Shown piece by piece: positions 59,127 to 64,000 of a stretch of DNA of 64,000 nucleotides. The position numbers and the translations under genes are program-made. The DNA lies in the NCBI GenBank assembly GCA_903872035.1, contig CAIQIZ010000029.1, forward strand, positions 479 through 64,478, read 5' to 3'. How positions within the stretch are numbered: position 1 is the stretch's first letter; every line of letters starts with the position of its first letter. The stretch is from an uncultured bacterium. Its GTDB lineage: Bacteria > Patescibacteriota > Minisyncoccia > Phycocordibacterales > PALSA-1337. Under the pieces are notes generated by a model, which ran no database searches, had not been told where the DNA came from, and worked only from the letters and a program-made list of their open reading frames with translations.

Positions 59127-60506
59127 TTAGGCGCTGCATGTGTAGGGACCGTGATTGTGAGGATGATTTTGATCATGAGAATGACCGTGATCGTGAGAAT
59201 GTGGACCAGCATCTTTCCCCATCCACTTAACTTTCAAGAAATGTGCTCCACAACTCATACAAGGGTCATAAGCACGGATTAACTTCTCTATTTCCATACC
59301 GATCTTCTCTTTGGATTCAGTCTCTATGATAGGCTCAACGACGGCTGCCACATCTCTCTCGATATTCACTTGATTTTGTCCTGTTGGAACAATGACTTCC
59401 CCATCATGGACGATTCCCTGATCATCAATCACGACCTTGTGATACAAAGTGCCCCTCGGCGCTTCAATAACACCAATACCAGTACCAGCACGCATAGGAA
59501 CTTTTATGACAGGTTCTGGCTTGAAGACTGTGCTGCTCAAGATCTCTATCGATTCATCGATCGAATGCAAGATCTCTATAGCTTGCGCCAAATTGTTGTG
59601 GAAGATATTAGTCGATGGGAATAGCTTCAATGCTTCTGCAGCCGACTTCTTGGTATTCGGATGTAACTTATCTTTAGCTAGATTTATCCTGGCCAATGCT
59701 CCAACCATATAGCTCTCACCTTTGTATTTATATGCTGAGGCTTGAGAATATGGAAGCACTGTATGTTCCAAATGGGAGCGGAATTCCTTCTGTTCGTAGA
59801 CCTCACCTGTATCAGTGATGATCTTTCCACCGATATAGCCGAATGTGTCTTCTGGTATCAATGCCATAAACTTGGTCTTTCTGTCCAAGTGCTGTGAATC
59901 CTTAGCAAAAATCTCGATCAAGCGAAGAACGGCCGGTCTGGCAGCTTTCATTTCTTCTATACATTGAGCGGCGCCTTCAGGTGATGGAAATTGTAAGAAA
60001 CCACCAATGACTGGGAACGTGGCATGGACGCTTCTTCCGGCCACCAACTGCGAGAGATGATTTCCAGCAGACTTCACGTCGAAACCATCATGTAATAGCT
60101 GATGCTGCGTAGGGTCGTTATCATCAAAATCGAGAAAGGCGTCTTTATTGAATAGGTCAGGCATGACGAACAAATAGAGATGCAGAGCATGATCACGCGA
60201 AACCAAACCGTGCATGGTCAGCTTGCGGAGCAATTTCGTCTGTGGTGTGACTTCGATTCCTAGAGCATCCTCTGCTGCAGCAATAGCAGCCATGACATGA
60301 GCGTTGGAACATGTACCGCAGATCCTCGACAAATGGGCTGGAATAGCGGCGATGTTCTTGCCTTTCATAGCTTCGGTGAAGAAACGCTTGTACTCGACGA
60401 TAGCGAACTTCACATCGGTGACCTTGCCGTCATTCACGGTCACGTCCATTGAGGCGTCACCTTCTATTTTGGTTATGTGGTCTAGCCGTAGGTCGATTCT
60501 GTGCAT
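59127..60506 (-). CDS. NiFe hydrogenase large subunit, group 3b-related
   Basis: TKIEG, L1 RICGTC, EAPRGTLYH, L2 DPCMSCGAH; His-rich C-terminal extension. Confidence 0.93.
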   Translation of the reverse strand: MHRIDLRLDHITKIEGDASMDVTVNDGKVTDVKFAIVEYKRFFTEAMKGKNIAAIPAHLSRICGTCSNAHVMAAIAAAEDALGIEVTPQTKLLRKLTMHGLVSRDHALHLYLFVMPDLFNKDAFLDFDDNDPTQHQLLHDGFDVKSAGNHLSQLVAGRSVHATFPVIGGFLQFPSPEGAAQCIEEMKAARPAVLRLIEIFAKDSQHLDRKTKFMALIPEDTFGYIGGKIITDTGEVYEQKEFRSHLEHTVLPYSQASAYKYKGESYMVGALARINLAKDKLHPNTKKSAAEALKLFPSTNIFHNNLAQAIEILHSIDESIEILSSTVFKPEPVIKVPMRAGTGIGVIEAPRGTLYHKVVIDDQGIVHDGEVIVPTGQNQVNIERDVAAVVEPIIETESKEKIGMEIEKLIRAYDPCMSCGAHFLKVKWMGKDAGPHSHDHGHSHDQNHPHNHGPYTCSA

Positions 60507-60557
60507 GGTGATTATTAGGGATTAAAGATTATTTATCGGAAGTTTTGAATTCAAATA

Positions 60558-61043
60558 TTAATAAGATCGCAGCTCTTTAACAAGCGCGTTCACCTTCTCC
60601 AAAAAGACTTTTGGATCCATGGGGCAACCAGGAATCTCTACATCTACCTTTACCACATCGGAGACTTTCTTTACGTCGGTCAAAGCGCCGAATCTGGTCA
60701 GGAGATAATCAATACTGGCTTTTTGTTCTGCCGTAAAATTGTTGCGTTGACCAGCTGGCATGCCGACAATAGCACAGGCACCGACGGCCACAAGCTTCTT
60801 GGAACGATTGCGGATATCTTTGAGTTTCTCAACATGTTCTGGTGAAGCCATGGCACCTTCGATAAAAGCGATATCAAATTCATCCATGATATTGTTGGAC
60901 TTCAAGACGCGAGCGTGGCGAAAATCGAACATTTCTTTCCATTCCTGCCAGTGGTCATTCATGACTTCGGTCATGACGATAGTATTATCCTCACAACATG
61001 AGAATGAGAACCAGCCGATCTTGATCTTGGGTAGGTCTGCCAT
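60558..61043 (-). CDS. NiFe hydrogenase small subunit (short, proximal-cluster domain only)
   Basis: FSCCED, FIEG, VGACA, IPGCP; 161 aa from ATG 61043. Confidence 0.88.
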   Translation of the reverse strand: MADLPKIKIGWFSFSCCEDNTIVMTEVMNDHWQEWKEMFDFRHARVLKSNNIMDEFDIAFIEGAMASPEHVEKLKDIRNRSKKLVAVGACAIVGMPAGQRNNFTAEQKASIDYLLTRFGALTDVKKVSDVVKVDVEIPGCPMDPKVFLEKVNALVKELRSY

Positions 61044-61082
61044 AAAAGTGATTGTATCATAATTATCATGTATAATTAAGGC

Positions 61083-62843
61083 GTGAGAAAATCCCACGAC
61101 AGTGTGTTCACAGTCGGCATAGGTGGAGCAGCCGGCGATGGTATCCGGGAATCGGGTTCCACTCTTGGCGCCATCCTGACCGAGCTCGGATATGAGTCGT
61201 TCATGTCATTCACCTATCCTTCGCTCATCCGCGGCGGGCACAATTTTGCGCGCATAACTTTCAGCAAAGACAAAGTCTACTCCGATCACGAAGCCTTGGA
61301 CGTCATGATCGCCTTGAATGAAGAGAGTGTCGTCTTCCATCGAGCCGAGATGGCCGAAAACTCCGTAGTCATGGCGGATACGTTTGAACAAGCCGACCTC
61401 GATGTGTTGAAAGACAAAGCTTTGGTAATTCCCATGCAAGCCAAGGCCAAGGAAATAAACGCTCCAGCCATCACCAGAAACTCAATGGCCCTAGGCGCAC
61501 TCTGTTATCTGCTCGACCTTGATTTTGATCTTATGCAAAAAGTCCTCGGTGATGTGTTCAAGAACAAAATGCCTGAGATGAATATCAAATTGGCCGATGC
61601 TGGGTACCAATTGCTCAAAGCCAAGGGATTCAAACATTCGAAAAAGATCCAGCCGAGCCAAGAAAAAAAACAATTCGTCGACGGCAACGAAGCTTTCGGC
61701 CGAGGCTTGGTAGCAGCGGGCCTCGACTTCTATGTCGGGTATCCGATGACTCCAGCAACAACCATACTTCAATACCTGGCTGGCGCAGCTCAAAAAGCCG
61801 CCCAGTCGCCCGAACGCGAAATCGGTTCGAATCTGCGCGTCATTCAACCTGAAAGCGAACTCTCTGTTATCAATATGGCCCTGGGAATGTCCTATGCCGG
61901 CAAGCGCGTGGCTATCGGATCCGCATCCGGCGGCTTCGCATTGATGCAAGAAGCTTTCAGCTGTGCAGGAATGGCCGAATTGCCGCTTGTTGTGGCTGTC
62001 TCCCAGAGACAAGCACCGGCTACCGGTTTACCTACATATTCTAGCCAAACTGACCTCCGTTTCGTCATTCATGCCGGTCATGGAGAATTCCCTAGGATCG
62101 TCGTCGCACCAGGCGATGGAGAAGAAGCATTCAAGCTTGGCGCAGACGCATTGAACTTAGCCTGGAAGTATCAGTTGCCAGTGATCGTATTGTTGGACAA
62201 GATTATTTCAGAACACATCACCTCGTGCGACTTGAAAACAGACGCGATTAAGATCGACCGTGGATTGATATTAACTGCTGCCGATAATTACGGCCGATAC
62301 CAAATCACTTCTGATGGCATCTCCCCTATAGCATTTCCAGGAACTTCCAATGCCGTAGTCAAAGTGACAAGCTATGAGCATGATCAGAATGGCATTACAG
62401 TCGATGATCCGGATGCTACCAAAGCCATGCTCAATAAGCGTTTCGCCAAATCTGACAGATTGAAGAAATCGCTCGGTGACCAAGAGACAGTCAAAGTATA
62501 TGGAGACCGTCTTAGCAAGGATGTCGTTGTTTTCTGGGGTTCGACTAAAGGACCTGTTTTGGAATCAGCCAGATATCTGAAGAAAAAAGTAAAATTCGTA
62601 CAAATCGTCTGGCTGGAACCTTTTGACGTCAAACGAGTTGCCAAAGAATTGGCTGGGGTAAGAAGAATAATCAACATCGAATGTAACCACGATGCCCAAA
62701 TGGCTAATTTGATCAGAGAGAAGACTGGCATCGAGGTGACGGATAAGATATTGAAATTTGATTCGAGGCCATTCGAGCCGGTGGCACTGGCCGAGGAGAT
62801 CAACAAGTCGCTAGGTGAAGCCTCGCGAGATCTCGCAAGGTGA
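61083..62843 (+). CDS. 2-oxoacid:ferredoxin oxidoreductase alpha subunit (gamma-alpha fusion)
   Basis: GGAAGDG, YPSLIRGGHN, GNEA, YPMTP, ESE, SGGFALM. Confidence 0.95.
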   Translation: MRKSHDSVFTVGIGGAAGDGIRESGSTLGAILTELGYESFMSFTYPSLIRGGHNFARITFSKDKVYSDHEALDVMIALNEESVVFHRAEMAENSVVMADTFEQADLDVLKDKALVIPMQAKAKEINAPAITRNSMALGALCYLLDLDFDLMQKVLGDVFKNKMPEMNIKLADAGYQLLKAKGFKHSKKIQPSQEKKQFVDGNEAFGRGLVAAGLDFYVGYPMTPATTILQYLAGAAQKAAQSPEREIGSNLRVIQPESELSVINMALGMSYAGKRVAIGSASGGFALMQEAFSCAGMAELPLVVAVSQRQAPATGLPTYSSQTDLRFVIHAGHGEFPRIVVAPGDGEEAFKLGADALNLAWKYQLPVIVLLDKIISEHITSCDLKTDAIKIDRGLILTAADNYGRYQITSDGISPIAFPGTSNAVVKVTSYEHDQNGITVDDPDATKAMLNKRFAKSDRLKKSLGDQETVKVYGDRLSKDVVVFWGSTKGPVLESARYLKKKVKFVQIVWLEPFDVKRVAKELAGVRRIINIECNHDAQMANLIREKTGIEVTDKILKFDSRPFEPVALAEEINKSLGEASRDLAR

Positions 62844-62850
62844 AACCTCT

Positions 62851-63636
62851 ATGAATTCAATTCCCAACTTATCAACAACCGCAAAGATCACCTGGTGCCC
62901 AGGTTGCCCGAATTCGCAGATTCTGGTGGCTTTCAGGCAGACTATTGAAGATATGGTGTCATCCGGCGGCCTTAAGATCGAAAATCTGGTGGCGTGTGCT
63001 GGTATCGGATGCCATGGCAAAATTAGCGACTACTTAAACGTTAACACTTTCACCGCTTTGCATGGCCGAGTCATCCCTGTAATGACCGGAATAAAGTGTG
63101 CAAATCCAAATTTAACAGTAATAGGCATGAGCGGCGATGGCGATTCATATGATGAAGGATTCGAACACTTGATCCATGCCGCCAGACGTAATTCCGACAT
63201 AAAGCTTTTCATTCATGACAATCAGCTTTTCGCTTTGACCACCGGCCAAGCTTCGGCTGCAAGCCCCAAAGGATTCAAGGGCAAAACCACACCCGGCGGT
63301 AATATTGAAGAACCTTTCGATGCTATCCCTGTACTACTTCAAGCCGGTGCCACCTTCGTCGCCCGCTCCTACGCGGGTGACATCGCCGGCACCAAGCGCG
63401 TTATGGAAGCAGCCATCAAACACAAGGGCTTCTCATTCACGGAGATAATCCAGCCATGTATCACCTTCTTCGACACTCGCGACTATTTCAAAGAGCGCGT
63501 CTTCTGGCGTACCGGAGAGCCTGCCAGCAATGTCGACGACGCCATGAAGATGTCCCGCAAAGAAGGTGAAAAAGTGCCGCTAGGTGTGTTTTACAACGCG
63601 GTGAAGCCGACATTTGAGGAGCAAGTAATACATTAG
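62851..63636 (+). CDS. 2-oxoacid:ferredoxin oxidoreductase beta subunit
   Basis: WCPGC, GIGC, LHGR, GDGD TPP motif, QPCITF. Confidence 0.95.
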   Translation: MNSIPNLSTTAKITWCPGCPNSQILVAFRQTIEDMVSSGGLKIENLVACAGIGCHGKISDYLNVNTFTALHGRVIPVMTGIKCANPNLTVIGMSGDGDSYDEGFEHLIHAARRNSDIKLFIHDNQLFALTTGQASAASPKGFKGKTTPGGNIEEPFDAIPVLLQAGATFVARSYAGDIAGTKRVMEAAIKHKGFSFTEIIQPCITFFDTRDYFKERVFWRTGEPASNVDDAMKMSRKEGEKVPLGVFYNAVKPTFEEQVIH

Positions 63637-63654
63637 AACTCTAATCAATTCTCA

Positions 63655-64000
63655 ATGAATCTTTATAATCTTTTCAACCCCCGCTCCATCGCCGTCATCG
63701 GCGCATCCAACGACAAAAGTAAGGTCGGTTATGCTTTGGTGTCCAATCTTTTAAGCGGTGCCAAACGGGATATTTACCCCGTAAGCATCACTGAGAAAGA
63801 GATCCTCGGCTTGCAAGCGTATCCTTCAGTCAAAAACATTGAAGGTGAAGTGGACTTGGCCTTGATCGCCGTACGTGCAGACAGCGTTCCTTCAATACTT
63901 GAAGATTGCGGCGCCAAGAAGATCGGCACGGTGATCGTGATCGCGGCAGGATTCAAAGAGATGGGACCGGCTGGAGCGGAACTCGAAAAGCGCGTGACTG
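63655..64000 (+). CDS. Acetate--CoA ligase (ADP-forming) family, 3'-truncated by window edge
   Basis: Manual translation MNLYNLFNPRSIAVIGAS..KVGY..DLALIAV..AAGFKE (CoA-binding domain); absent from the ORF track because it has no stop in the window. Confidence 0.9.
   Translation, partial: MNLYNLFNPRSIAVIGASNDKSKVGYALVSNLLSGAKRDIYPVSITEKEILGLQAYPSVKNIEGEVDLALIAVRADSVPSILEDCGAKKIGTVIVIAAGFKEMGPAGAELEKRVT

Noticed and set aside
58606-59130. 174-aa plus-strand ORF
   Set aside because: It is antisense to the hydrogenase-associated gene, which fits the operon direction and has an AAAGGA RBS.

Overview
This looks like a chromosomal segment of a Patescibacteria (CPR, probably Parcubacteria) genome, inferred from gene content and style: minimal core genes, an HTH-MurA fusion, a GWAWS-repeat secreted protein and a stand-alone group 3b-related hydrogenase. 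Core genes include hisS (partial), zwf, ddl, uvrC, uvrA, clpB, proS, rseP, frr, holB-like, mreB, murA, priA, def, fmt and hpf. A fermentative energy block sits at the right end: a two-subunit NiFe hydrogenase with a maturation protease, 2-oxoacid:ferredoxin oxidoreductase alpha/beta and an ADP-forming acyl-CoA ligase. Many orphan genes form stand-alone units with their own promoter and terminator. Eight tRNA genes were read by eye. The most notable structure outside the ORF track is: (1) tRNA-Asn(GTT) split at 35/36 by a 554-nt group I intron carrying an HNH ORF with its own internal promoter; (2) a tRNA cluster (9.2-11.1 kb) full of duplicated tRNA fragments, including a GIY-YIG nuclease gene fused to a 5' tRNA-Ala copy with a rewritten anticodon arm, and two ~160-bp tandem-G.A hairpin elements that duplicate tRNA 3' ends from the same T-loop position; (3) a ~430-nt promoter-to-terminator unit with long-range pairings and no long sense ORF (candidate ncRNA); (4) a tRNA-His with U-1/A73 directly behind hisS. 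All calls come from manual reading; no searches or folding programs were run.
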